From assembly GCA_013265495.1 (NCBI GenBank), contig MU058059.1, forward strand, positions 1,178,001 to 1,242,000: a stretch of 64,000 bases of DNA, read 5' to 3'. A model generated the notes under the pieces. That model was not told the DNA's origin, made no database searches, and worked only from the letters and a program-made list of their open reading frames with translations. How positions within the stretch are numbered: the stretch's first letter is position 1; every line of letters starts with the position of its first letter. Source of the stretch: Vicugna vicugna. Taxonomy: Eukaryota. A program made the translations under genes and the position numbers. Below are positions 13,231 to 25,787 of the stretch, piece after piece.

Positions 13231-13724
13231 CCACAGGCAGCGTGTAGCATTTCTTAGTAACGTAACTCCACTGGGCATCCCAGCTTTCCGTCAGATGGTC
13301 ACCCCACAGAAGTGAACGGGTCTCCCCGGTTTCCTATATGGAGCCGTTCGGACATCCTTCCAGGAAACCGGTCTGAAGTATCATTTTATCGTTTATCTTC
13401 AGCTGATCCTGGACAAAGATGCGAATGGTGACTAGCTCCCCTTTTAGAGACACCAACAGAGAAATGTATCAGTTTAGAAATGAGTACCCAGGCATTTCGG
13501 TGCTCTTCCCTGCTTCTTTGGGCATCATTTTCTGGGACAGAGAAGCACTTACTTGGGGTTAAAATCTGCTACAAAGCCAAAACCTTTTGATGGAAGGGAA
13601 AAGACGTTAAGTTTGCTGATAGATAAAATTTTTTTTTCTATAATTTTCACTACAATTCCAACCCCATATAAAAGTCTTCTCATTTCTGCAGAATGATTTC
13701 CTCTCACATTTGGAAAAGGATACT
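13231..13724 (-). pseudogene. Decayed exon, VIT domain
   Basis: atatttag|AG ... GTGG|gtaagg. HSAEMRRLLYGVGIVV...NVFSLPSKGFGFVADFNP/QVSASLSQKMMPKEA...KGELVTIRIFVQDQL resembles the VIT consensus (FVFPLP..A.V..F.A.I....I.G...EK..A ... PG..V.I.I.Y.QEL). Confidence 0.6.
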
Positions 13725-14124
13725 CTAAATATTACATAATGTGGTGCATTTAGAAGATGACGTGAGCAAAGTCTTACAAACTGGAACATATTTATGAGAA
13801 CGGTCAAACCACAAGCTCAATGCACTTTTGACTTAAATTACCTTTGTACTAAGAAAAGAAACCGTTTAGGCTGATATGAAGAATATTGATTTTCAATACA
13901 GTAGAACTAATTACCTATCAATTTTAAATAACACATTCTGTGCAAGCTGATGATTGCTTATAACAATAAGAAAATTCCCTGTCATCCAATTTTAATGATT
14001 TCTTTAAGCACCAAAAAGTTGATTTCTGAGTGTGATGGTGACATTGCTGAATTAGCCTTTTAAATGTCATATCAGGAATAAAAAGCAAATATTAACTTTC
14101 ATTTGAACAGCACTTTACATATTT

Positions 14125-15990
14125 TTATAAACAGTTTTGAGATACAATTCACATACCATACAATTAACTCATTGAGTGTACACAATTCAGCCGTTTCTAG
14201 TGTGTTTACAAATATATGCAGCCATCACCACAGTCAATTTTAGAACATTCTGACCACTTCAAAAAGAAACTGTATCCTTTAGCTATCATCCCTCTACACC
14301 CCCCCATCCCCAAACCCCTCAGCCCGTAATCAACCACTAATCTACTTCCTGTCTCTGCAGAGTTCCCTACTCTGGACTTTCATATGAATGAAATTCCATA
14401 GTATGTGGGCTTTTGTGCCTGGCTTTTTTTAATGAGTAGAATGTTTTCAGAGTTCATTCACCTTGTAGCACGTGCAAGTAGGATTCTTTCTTACGCCCCC
14501 AAAATATTCCTTTGTGCGGATGTATCATATTTTGTTCACCCATTTGTCTGTTGGACATTAGGGTTGCTTCCAGCTTTTGGTTATTATAATGCTGCTATAA
14601 GCATCCATGTAAAAGTTTTTGTGCAAATATATATTTTCATTTTTCTTGGATACATACCTAGGAATGGAATTGCTGGTTCATATGGTAACTGTGTTTAATC
14701 ATTTGAGAAACAGCTAGACTGTCTTCCAAAGCGGCTGCCCCACTTTACATCCCCTGCAGGGTGTGACTTCTTCACATTCTCACCAAACTTGTTACTGCCT
14801 GACTTTTTGATTCTTGCCATCCTAGGAGGTATAAAGTGGTATCTTGTAGTGGCTTTGATTTGCATTTCCTTCATGACTAATGATGTCAACACCTTTTTAT
14901 GTGCTTATTGACCATTTGTATATTTTTCTTGGAGAAATGTGTATTTTGATCTGTTGCCCATTTTTAAATTGGGTTGCCTTTTTATTGAGTTGTAACAGTT
15001 CTTTATATATTTCAGATACAAGTGCCTTATCAAATAGTCGGCAACCATTTTCTCCCATTTCTGCAAATATTTCACTGTCTCGGTGTCCTTGAAAGCACAA
15101 AAGTTTTTAATTCTAATGAAATAAAAATTTTTGTTGTTGTTGCTCTTACTCATGCTTTTGGTGTAATATCTAAGACTCCTCTGCCAAGTCCAAGGTCATG
15201 AAGAATTATCTTTATATTTTCTTCCATAAATTTTGTAGCTTTACGTTTTCTTAAAATCTGAATTTCGTATGTGGTGTGAGGTAAAGGCTCAATTCCACTC
15301 TTTTGCATGCAACTATCCAATTATCTAGCAACATTTATTAAGAATATTCTTTTCCTATTGAATGTTTTAGAAGCTTTGTGGAAAAATAGTTAACCATAGG
15401 TTTAAGGGGTTCTCAATTCTATTCCATTGATCTACACGTTTATCCTTGTGCCAGAACCACACCTTTGTGATTATTGTTGCTTCCTGCTAAGTTTTAAAGT
15501 CAGAAAGCTGAGTCCTCCTACTTTCTTCTCCTTTTTCAGGATCGTTTTGGGTATTTGGAGTCCCTTGAAATTTCACATTAATTTTACAATCAGCTTGTCG
15601 ATTTTTACAAAGAAATCAGCTGGGATTCTGATAGAGATTGTGCTAAATCTGTAGATCGGTTTGGGGAGTGTGGCCACCTTAACGTCTTAATTTTACTTCT
15701 GATCCATGAATGTGGGAGGCTTTTCCATTTATTTAGATCATCTTTAAATTCTTCCAACAATGTTCTGTAGTTTAACAATGCTATTGCAAAAGGAATTTTC
15801 TTGTTTCAAATTGTCCATTGCAAGTGTACAGAATGACAATGGATTTTTTTTGTAGATGGCCCTTATATCCTGTAACTTTGCTGAGCTCATTTATTAGCTC
15901 TACTCATTTTTTAGTGAATTTCTTAGAATTTGCTGTATAGAAGATCATGTAATCTTAAAACAGATAATTTTACTTCTTCCTTTCCAATAA
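14125..15990 (-). mobile_element. L1MB/L1M fragment (3' UTR and ORF2 end)
   Basis: Reverse L1 3' end; minus-strand ORF2-like remnants ([28 protein letters not shown]). Confidence 0.85.
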
Positions 15991-15994
15991 TCCT

Positions 15995-16216
15995 TTCCGT
16001 TTTTCTTCAGGAAAGGCTAGAGCAGTGGAGCTTCTGCTGTAGCCAGAAAAACCAGAATCTGGCTCAAGAGTTGGTTATGTAGAGATAAAATTCCACAAAC
16101 AGTTATAGAGATACCACAAGATCAAGGGCAGTTGATCTCCAGTACTTGATTGGTCCACAGGAATGTGACGGGAAGGGGACAGAGCACACACAGTGGAGGG
16201 GTAACAAGAGGGCAGC
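15995..16216 (-). pseudogene. Decayed exon abutting an L1 insertion
   Basis: Strong acceptor ccccctcctccttgtag|G in phase 2. LPSCYPSTVCALSPSRHIPVDQSSTGDQLPLILWYLYNCLWNFIST*PTLEP... runs into the L1 at about 15990. Confidence 0.4.
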
Positions 16217-16871
16217 CTACAAGGAGGAGGGGGGAAAAGGGAAGTCCGGTCAAGACGCCTCCGTGGGCCAAAGCTGTTCCAGGTCAGCACGTTGAAGACT
16301 CAGTGGATTGAGTCCAGGGGCATTTCATAGGCAGACAGGGACATGGCAGAAGAAAAACAAAATGACAGAAAGAACCAGGAAGGAGAGGCCTCAAGTTGTT
16401 CTGTAGCTATTCCAATAACCCATGGTCAGGTTCTGAGTATGTTGAAGCTTTTGTGGATTTTCCTTGGGAATTTTAGGAAAAGATGTAAATAGATGTATTT
16501 CAGTTTTGCCAGGTCATCAATATGCTTATCTTTTTTAAAAAGCATCTTACATCCAGATATCCAGCTTTTCTATTAAATATTTTTAAAATTTGTTACCACA
16601 ACCTATTTCTTCTCTTTCTGCCCTTTTATCTCTCATCTTTTCCTCTTTCTCAGGATATTATCTATAGTGTGTTATTTAAAAAGGATTCCCTCACAGCCCC
16701 AACAAAACAGGGGAGAGGAAGGAAAACCCATTTTTATTTTAAATGTGATCTCTTACTGGTGGGAGACGCCAACGTTCGTCACTCTATGCTAGTCACCACA
16801 GGCTAAATATGTAGTAAACCCACGTGGTTCACGAGAAACAACAACTAGAATTGAAGGAAATCTGCCGCTAC

Positions 16872-17409
16872 CTGAAATATGTGGTCCCACCCTTCAGTTT
16901 GCGCCAGGAACTGTGCAGCGTCTGAGAGTTTGCCCTCCTTGTGAGCTAGACGTTAGCGGTTTCATAGACGCTGCTAGAACAGAGGCTGCTCTGGGTCACG
17001 CCATGAAGGACGGTTTCCATGACAACAGTGGCAGCAACCAGAGTATCGGCGTTTTCGCCTTGGTTCCCACGCCCCAGTTTCCACAGAGTGCTAAGAGGTT
17101 CCCAGGCACCTGCGCACGCAGTGGGTTGTGACACAGGACTGGATTCTTGAGCCTGGGGAGGCTTCATCTTTCAAAATGAGTAGTAAATGCGCATGCTCTT
17201 CCTGGTTCCTAAAAGAGACGCTATTTTGTCTTCTGAGACTTTTAGCAACTTTTCCCCGTGCTCCAGAAGGACACACTATTCCTTTTTTCCAGGTCTGTTC
17301 ACTATATGAACATCCTTGAAAAGATCGTCTGGAACAAGAGGCAGTCAGAGCCTTGCTTGCAAGATATGTAGAATCACAAGAGACCCACAAAGACTTGTCT
17401 CCCAACCGT
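16872..17409 (-). pseudogene. Decayed exon, unassigned linker/domain
   Basis: tttttgccaacag|AC ... TTCAG|gtagcg. One frame of 178 codons with 4 stops (GWETSLCGSLVILHILQARL*LPLVPDDLFKDVHIVNRPGKKE*CVLLEHGEKLL...). Phases fit both neighbours. Confidence 0.5.
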
Positions 17410-17779
17410 CTGTTGGCAAAAACCAGTTTATAAATGTTTAAAATTCATACTGCCACTTCTTAGAGAAATGATATTGCCCCTAGTGGTTAGAATAATAGTC
17501 TCGATGATATGGAAGCGTGGTACAATTGGACTCAACCATTAACTGCAGGAAGGTTCCTGTAGGAAAATGCCTGGAGATAAAAGAGCTGGGGCGACAGTGA
17601 TGAGGTAGAAAGAGACGGGTCCCAGGCTACCACGCTTTGTCGGATTGTGCATTCATGACATGTTATGCTTAGGGTATTATAGCCATAGCAAACCAGAGGA
17701 GGCATCAGTAAGGAAAATAATTTCTCGAATGTTAGAGATTTAAACTGGTCATTGTGTCCCACTTCTGATCCTAATAATG

Positions 17780-18100
17780 ACAAATTGCTATGACCTTGCC
17801 ATTTGCAGGACCGTTACTACATGCCAGGCAGGATGCTGACAGATAAGAGTGTATATATACATAGTTTGTATGCATCTAAGTTTCTGTGCATATATGCGTA
17901 TTTATCCTACATACATACACTACATAAACATGTGTGTATGTGTATATATTCAATTCTAACAGTCCCACACGGTAAGTATTGTTATCCCCATTTTACAGAT
18001 GAAATAACTGAGCCAGGAGCAGTGAAGTGACTGGTTCTACAGAAGCCAGCCACACACGCCTCACGTTTGTCTTCCTCCCAAACCCATATTCTTAAGCCCT
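17780..18100 (-). mobile_element. MIR
   Basis: ttatccccattttacagatgaaataactgag core. Confidence 0.65.
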
Positions 18101-18422
18101 GCCTCATTCTACCTCCCTGCCAAGAAGCATGGACTTAGACATCCTTTGCCTTCTGTAGCCTGACTTTAGCATCCTCATGATGATTTATTTATGCTTTGCT
18201 GGCACAGCTCTGACAGAGCCAATCTTTTCCACTAACAGCAACAACAAAAAATGATGGAAACTGCTAGACAGTTTCCTTCCACTATGTGCTCCCTCTGTTG
18301 GGCGTCTACACAATCAGGACTTCTCAGGAGGATCAATAAGGCCTAAGAAGGCCCAGAGGACCCCTGAAGGGCAGCTGTCTAGGAGGCAGAGCACACCCTC
18401 TCACACTGAGTCCACTTCCCAC

Positions 18423-18832
18423 CCTCTTTCCATCCATTCTGCCCTCGTATTCTGCAACAGGGATCCTGGTGGGCGAGATCGTTGTTGTGAGAGAGCTGAT
18501 AAAATTCTCCCTGACGACAGAGCTGAAACGGAGCTGGAAGGAACCTCTTTTCCCCGCTGGTCCGGGAGGCCCTCTCATTAGGCCCGAGGTTAAGTCGGAA
18601 GCTGGAATCCTTCACAAAGAGGCTGAATTTCCACAAAGGGCACTCCGAGCACCTCAATGCTGGGGCTTCCTCAAGCGGTCCTGCAGGCCAGGGCAGAGAG
18701 CAGGGGTGAGTTCTGGTCCTACTGGGGACCGTCCATCTCTGCAATGGTACTGCAGTCGACAGCGACCCAGCCTCCAAGCCAAATGTTAGCATGAATCGTC
18801 TGATGGGCTTTTCTTCTGATTTGAATATTTAC
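18423..18832 (-). pseudogene. Decayed exon, end of MTTP-like module
   Basis: ccctttag|GTA ... GAGG|gtggga. VNIQIRRKAHQTIHANIWLGGWVAVDCST and, in a shifted frame, GEFYQLSHNNDLAHQDPC versus the MTTP C-terminal GCEFPLHQENSEMC. Confidence 0.55.
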
Positions 18833-18944
18833 CTAAAGGGAAAGCTTATCATGAAAAGCTTTCTATTGGAAAGAAAATCATTGCCTGAGATGGAGATTAC
18901 TGATTCTGAAAGGATTATCCTTAGAGTTCCTGTTTCAGAGGTCA

Positions 18945-19072
18945 CCAAGATGCCTGTTAAAATGTAAATTCTTAGGGTCTACTGAATCAGAATATGCTGG
19001 AATATCAGAATCTGCATTTTTAACACAAATTGAAGAGGTTCTTTTGCACGTGAAAGTTTGAGAAGTGCTGAC
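18945..19072. mobile_element. MER5-like fragment
   Basis: tactgaatcagaat...aatctgcatttttaaca...aaagtttgagaa. Confidence 0.55.
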
Positions 19073-19889
19073 TTAGTTTATTTTCAGATTCTTCGCTATA
19101 ATTTAAATGCGATATTTCAAGTTCTGTATTTGTATGTACCTGTTTTGTTTAATAAGGAGAGATTTCCCCTCTCCAAGTGACTAAGTATACCCAAGGGAGA
19201 GTGGTTTTAAAATTACTCTCTATAATACCACAATTATAAATTAAATTACATCCTTCTTAAACTCTCCTGCTTTATATTTTTTAGTTTTTTTTTTTTTGAT
19301 GTAAGTGGCTGACACATGGTCTCTCTCAGATTTCAACCTTAATTTCCACCAGTAATGTTGGACTTGACACTTCCTTGGAGGATAAGGTGGTTGGTGCAAA
19401 ATCTAATCTAATGGACGGGCACATTAAATCTCAACAGATCCAGTTCAATATTCTGTAAGGGTAGCTGGCATAGAGCCTAAAAGAAAACGCTTAGCCATCT
19501 CTGAGAAGAGAAAGGTTTGTACTGGAAATGTTGTAATGCCCTGTGATTGTTCCAAGATGTCTTATTTATTACTGCTCACTCATCCGCCATCATAGTTGTG
19601 ATGTTTTAAACAGATTTTGCATCTTAGGCAAAGGAAAAGTGTGGAAGAGGGGTGGGGACTTTAATTTTCATTATTGAATGGAGAAGTTCATGGTTTAACC
19701 CTATGCCCTGCTTACTAAAACTGAATGGCAAGAGGCCATCCACGTTTATGGAAAGGACTCTTGACTTGGCAAGAACACTGAGTTTGACCTCAAAGAGGAA
19801 ATGAAAGACCTGAGTTTTAAGGGAAGTTGATTGAGAACGGCTGGTTAGGCTCCTCTAGGGAGATGAGGTGCATAGAAGCAAGATGGATG

Positions 19890-20311
19890 GCTTGTTCGTT
19901 TTCTGGAGGTGCTATGACAAAGGACCGTAAACTGGGTGGCTTAAACAACACAAGTTTGTCTCAGAGTTCTGGAGAGTGAATGGCCCAGACCAAGGTACTG
20001 ACAAGGCCATGTTTTCTCCAAAGGCACTAGAGCTCACCACGCCACTCTGCTGGCTGCTGGTACTTCTGTGGCTTGAAGCAGCTAACTTGGGACATTCTCC
20101 CTGTATTCCATTTTCTTTGTGCCCGATTTCCCCTTTTTATGAGGGTACCAGTCACATTGTACTAGGGCTTACCCCACTCCAGTATGACCTCATCTTGACC
20201 AATTATACCTGCAATGACCCTTCTTCCAGATAAAGTCATGTTCTGAGGTCCTGGGGGTTAGGACTTCAACATACAGATCTTGGTGGGGGGGACAAAATCC
20301 AACCCATCACA
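19890..20311 (-). mobile_element. MLT1 (MaLR) LTR
   Basis: aaactgggtggcttaaacaaca...tatgacctcatcttgacc...gggttaggacttcaacat...caacccatcaca. Confidence 0.8.
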
Positions 20312-23300
20312 AGGTATATGGGAATCTGTGAAGTAGCTTAAGAAAAAAGGATGTGAATAGTACATTGATGGTGAAAAATGTCTTCTAATTTCTCCAATGT
20401 TCATTTTCCTATCTCTCTGAGAAAAGATATATTCAACATTGGAGTAGGAAGGTTCTTACAGATCACCTAAGGGAGAGGAGAAAACTGAAGTCTCCAGAGA
20501 TAAAACAAGGTGCGCAGAGTCAAACAGTGTAATAGAAAATCTAAAACTTGAATCTAAATCTCCTTATCTCCTAGACTCTATCCCTCATACCACCTGGGAT
20601 ACTGTGAACACCTTTGCCCTTGAAACTAAACATTGGGTGTCATTCCCTCCATGTTAAAGGCAAGGGGAATCCTTTTGGGGAAGTAAATTTGGGCATCTCT
20701 TAAACTGACCCTTTCCTGTATTCACTGCATGGACCATAGGACACTCCAAGGGCACAGACGGAAGTCTCATGCTGAGGCTTGGATGGTACCCTGGGCTTTA
20801 CACATCTCCCCTCTCTTTTTCATCTCTCCTTTAGCAAGGTCCCGTTCTGTTGTCTCAAAGCCCAGTCCACCTCCAAAATGACAATAAAAAATGTGTCAAT
20901 CTAACTTATGACTTAATAGGTGACAGATGATATTTTAATGGGAATAAGCCAGTTTTCCACTCTTTCTCCCTTTCCTTGGAGTCTTTTGTGTTTTCTGAGT
21001 GCCTATTTTTGGAGAATAAAATGAGACATGTCTTTTCTGTGGCTGTTTTGGCCAAAGAGTCATTAGGAAAGAGCAGACGGTCATCAGTCTTCAAACTGCC
21101 AAGAGGTGGTCACCATAGTTTTTGTCGGTTCTTAAGACTTTGGCACCCTGGGTGGTTTTCTGGTGGACTTAACACATTGAAGAGTAAAGAGCTGCCATCA
21201 CAACTGGCAAGTTCAGCCTCAGAGCTTGTCTTGAGCTGTCTGGCCAAACACTGGAGTGGATCTAATCACACTGAGTTTTATTTCCTCCTAAATTTCATCT
21301 TTTTCAAACGATTCAAAGATAAGCTTGAAACAATGCTTTCATGCTGTTTTCACTTTACTCCCTCTGTGCATAGGATTTCAAAAGCTAAATATTGATCAGG
21401 TCGCTTTCCTTGGTTGTCTCAGAAAATATCCACTCCCTAAATCAAGTTATCACCTTCAGCTGCTTTTGAAGATGCATCCGTTTCACTCTATCAAATTTTT
21501 AATTGGAAAAATGGCATGAGATTAATTATGGAAATGCTTTCTGATTTCAATAGTCAATTAACAGGCAACTGTCTGAAGGCCACAATAATTACATTGTTCT
21601 ATCAGCATGGCTCCAGAAGTCTTATTTTAGTATATTTAGACTTTTAAAAGAGAATCTGATTAGCACCATTTTTTAATGAATTTGACATTCGAGGGAGGCA
21701 TGAATTTACTTTGGATGTTGGATTATATATTAACACTTACCAACTTAACATTGATTTTCTTTATTATCTAGGACCATCATCATAGAGACTTTTTCTGCAT
21801 GAGTTCCTGCCACAGCTGTACTTAGGTTCAGGCATGAGATTTCAGAGGGAATGTCCACTCTCATGGGCCTGATTCAAATATGTTCCTTCCTGATATTTAC
21901 AGAGCTGTGTGCAAGTCTTACAGATCTATCCTGCCCCCTTCAATGAGGAAATTGTTTTCTCTGACCAACAGGGAACGTAAGTGCTAGCCCCGTCTCCTGC
22001 AGTTGGCCCTGGAAGTATTTAAGTAAAGCTTAGGACTTGTTTTGATATTATAATTGTATGCCGTCAGAAACACAGGTGCCAAGTATACAGTCAGCTAAGT
22101 TGGATCAAATGTATAACATTCAAATTGAGACATATAACTTTCTAGATGGTGGGAATGTTAATATTTTACAACAGAATCTTGAAAAGAAATCTCTCTCTAT
22201 ACAGATCTAGTGTAGTCTGAACTGCCTGAGAGTTTGCAGTTAACTTGCCTCCTTCTATGGGGTTTGGAAGAACGGGAAAGGCAGAGGCTGTTACTGATTC
22301 ATGTACCCTCGCACCTCTCAGAAATTTGCTGGAGCACTGACATTGGAGTCTAAGAAACTAGGTTTTACCTCTTGGCTCTGGCCCTACTTGGAGTCATTTA
22401 GGATGTTTGAACTTTAGTTTCCTCATTTCTAAGGATGTTATAAAGATGAACTAAGACACACTAAAAGCACCTGGCATCCAAATCGTGCTTAGCCAACATT
22501 CCACCTGCCCTCTCTGGTTAAAATCTTGGGTGCTAGTTATTTTCTTTCTCTCCCCTTCTCTGCCCCCTACTCCAACCAACCAGTCGAAAGGGTATATTTT
22601 AGTCTTTTAAGATACCGCGTTCCAAGGAGATTTTTTTAAATCAGAAAAACTAATCCTTGCTGATGCATTAATAAACTTGAATAGTTTAGAATTTACCCCC
22701 CCCCCCAGGTGACATATTTACATTTTAATTTAAGCCTTCAGGAGATGTTGCTTTAACCCACATAGAGGACTTTGAGTTGAAAGAGTCAGGAGGCTGGGGA
22801 ACAGTATATAGTATTGGGGGCTAGGCAGCTCTATTTCTAAATTTCAGACAGCCGTCCACCTGCCTGTGTGCTCAGCTGCTTATGTTAAATGTAGGTGATT
22901 TTTCTCAGAAAAAGATTATGTGCACAGGTTGCAGGCAAATTTGGAACAAGCTGTTTTCAACGGACTCCTGCAGGCATTAAAATCAGCGTGTGGAATCTAA
23001 GTGCTGTGGCAAGGAAGGTGCCTTCACACAGCTGGATGACAGTCGTGGCTTAGAGGATGAGAAGCAGAGGTCTGAAGATCAAAACTGGGGGAGACCCAGC
23101 CAGCAAGCAGTGGCCCCCCCACCCACTGTGTGCCTGTCCAGTGAAAATTGCCCTGCAGTTTTCCCCAGAAGCACAAAGAGTAGAGTGAGGACAGTTGATC
23201 ACTTTCCTATTTAAAACATTTAAATTCAGAGCCTCAATGCATGTTACTAAAACATCCCAGGTAAGCAGAGCAGAGGGCTGCCCCTCTGTTTCCCTACCTT

Positions 23301-23606
23301 ATACAGATGGAGTGCTGGGTATGCCTTTGTTTTTTTCTCTTCTTTTCTTACAGAAAGTGGTCCCTAGCCTGAAGAACCTCACCATGTGCCAGTGACTCTT
23401 CAGAGTTCTGTTTTTATAGCATGGACTTTCAAGCCCTCCTTGCCGTTGGCTGGTCCCTGATTTTGTATCAACTGCTTTTCTCAGGTAAACTGATGCCCAT
23501 TCACATTTGCTTTCATCTACTCTTATCTAGGAAACAATAAAATTGGTCTGGATCTCATAAGATATTCTGTGATTGAAGCAAAGTTGATTTTTCTTTCCTG
23601 TCTCTC

Positions 23607-23790
23607 CTTGTGTGACTTTGTAGATTCAGGGAGTCATAGACAATCAGGTCCCAAGCTGCTGCGAGCACTGATCCCAAGCAGGTGATGCTTATCCCATGAT
23701 CACTCAGCTCGAGGTTGATGTGATGTTCAAAAGTGAGAATCCTTTTTACCTTTATACAAATTTTGTCGCCATTATATTTTCACAACTTCA
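23607..23790 (-). pseudogene. Decayed exon, MTTP-like lipid-binding beta sheet
   Basis: Phase-1 acceptor matches the previous donor. KL*KYNGDKICIKVKRILTFEHHINLELSDHGISITCLGSVLAAAWDL versus MTTP [46 protein letters not shown]. Donor is degenerate. Confidence 0.6.
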
Positions 23791-25446
23791 CTTGTTTTAA
23801 TAAGAAGTCATTTACAGAATTTAGGCATCACCCTTGGCTCCCGCTTTTTTGACATGGAATTTGGAACTCACTTAACAGGAATTCTCACAATCAGAATATC
23901 TATCAGGGAGCTGTATACGTAGGCTCATGAGCATAACTGAAGTATAGCATAAAAAGAAAGAAAAATCAGATACTTAGTACTTATTAAATCTTTGGCCACA
24001 GATTGCTTTCTTCATGCCTGTCTATTCAGCAGCAAGTTGTCAATGGAATATATGGATGGACCCTTCAGTTTACAGGAAATAGTTAATTAGATCAATGAAT
24101 TAGGGACTGAGGGGAGGGTGCCCAATAGAACATTGTGTTCCCTTGGCCATTAATCTAGTTTACGAAGAGTTGCCTAAGTGGGGATTTCTTTGTGTTTTTG
24201 ATACTATACCTGTCATTCAGAATCAGTTGTCAATGTCAACGGCATTAGCCAACTAGCAAGATTGGGAGTGCCCAGCTCCAGTAAAGAAAAATAGGTCAAA
24301 GTAGACTTCTGTCAATGTGACTGAAGCTTCTATTTTACTAGTGTCAAGAAGAGAAAGGACAGTGATCAAAAGAATCTGATGAATATGAGAAATCTAAATG
24401 ACCAATGAGTAATCAATTTTGCAGCTTTTCTGTCATTGTCTTGAAGCAATTACATGAATGCAATCCTTAGTGTGTGTTACTAAAACATAAGCTTAAGGAT
24501 TTTAGCGTTACTGATTTTGAGACAAAATGCCAAGAAAAAAATAGTGGCTGTGAAATTCTTGAAGTTTCTATTTTAAGTAGTCCATTCAGTGTGTCAGTGA
24601 TAACTGGTTCAGCAGAACGATTCCATTTTTAAGTACTCTTGGCTACTTTTAATCAAGCCACCTTCAGATTTCTGGACGTTCTACAGGGGCTGTGAAATAA
24701 TTCTGATTGTCCAAAGAGTGAAGCTAGTCAGCATAGGCAAGACAGAGGCCCCATGTGGACTCAGTCCTGGTGCCCCAAACCTCTGCAGGCCTTCTATGGG
24801 AGAGAAATCAGAAATGTTTTCCACCTAGCTGTCTTGGCTTTTCACAGAGTGAACTTTAAAATCAAAGTTTTAGCTTTATGTCACTTGAGAGAGTAATGGG
24901 AAGGGCTTTCAGGTGGAAGGAGGGCTGTGATTAAAGCTTGAAAGGGGCTGAGAACAGATATGTGGTAAAGGTATATATATATGTTTTATATATATATATA
25001 TTTTTTTTTAAATGGTGTCAGGGATTTAGAATAGACAGCATTAGCTGGGACAGAGAAAGGCAGAGTGATATACTCAAGGGGAAATTGGGGTCTATGTTTA
25101 ATAAAGAAGTTTCCCTCCGTAAATGAATTTGGTAGACAGCTCTTTGCTACTACAAAGCATTAGGGAAAAGAATACAGGTGGAACTCAATACATTTAAACA
25201 ATACTGGATCAAATACATCACAGCAGGCAGGAGAGAATTCCAGGACAAGAAATGGCGAGCATCAAGCTTAGAAAAGGAAACTCTATCTCTTCACAGGGGT
25301 CAAAGGCCAGGGCCCCTCTCTGGGGTGATTTTATTCCCGTTCAGTGTGCGGCAGGGTTCCCAGAGACTCTTGGGGTGCTCTAGGGTCAAAGTGGCGTGGG
25401 CTGGTGGAGCTTCACATATCAAGCTTTTCCATCTTGGGAAACTTAC

Positions 25447-25787
25447 ACTGGAATCCCTTCTGACTTTGATAGAAATAAAGCGGGAGAGGAGTTGGCTCTG
25501 GAGCGGAGACCCGCCAGCAACTTCCTGATGTTCGTACAGGAGAGTGAGCTTTGCTGGGACTCACCATGCTTGTAAATCTAAGCATCTCCACTAAAACTTG
25601 TGTAGATTCGAATTCATGCCCATCTCCATCTGTGCTGATGGGTATGGGTTTGTGGAGGTGAGATCTTGAACTTGGTAACACCACAGTGTTCTTTCACACT
25701 CACACTTTTCTTTCCATGGATTCGTATGCAGAGTTTCTTATTCCAGAGCCATAGTTTAAAGATATAGGTAAAGCTCTTCAGGGGTTC
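25447..25787 (-). pseudogene. Decayed exon, MTTP-like C-sheet
   Basis: ttcacag|G ... T|gtaagt, 341 nt, one frame with 3 stops: NYGSGIRNSAYESMERK...ESTQVLVEMLRFTSMVS...PLPLYFY, versus MTTP [21 protein letters not shown]...HGSQVVIEAQGLEALIA...LRPVTFF. Confidence 0.65.
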
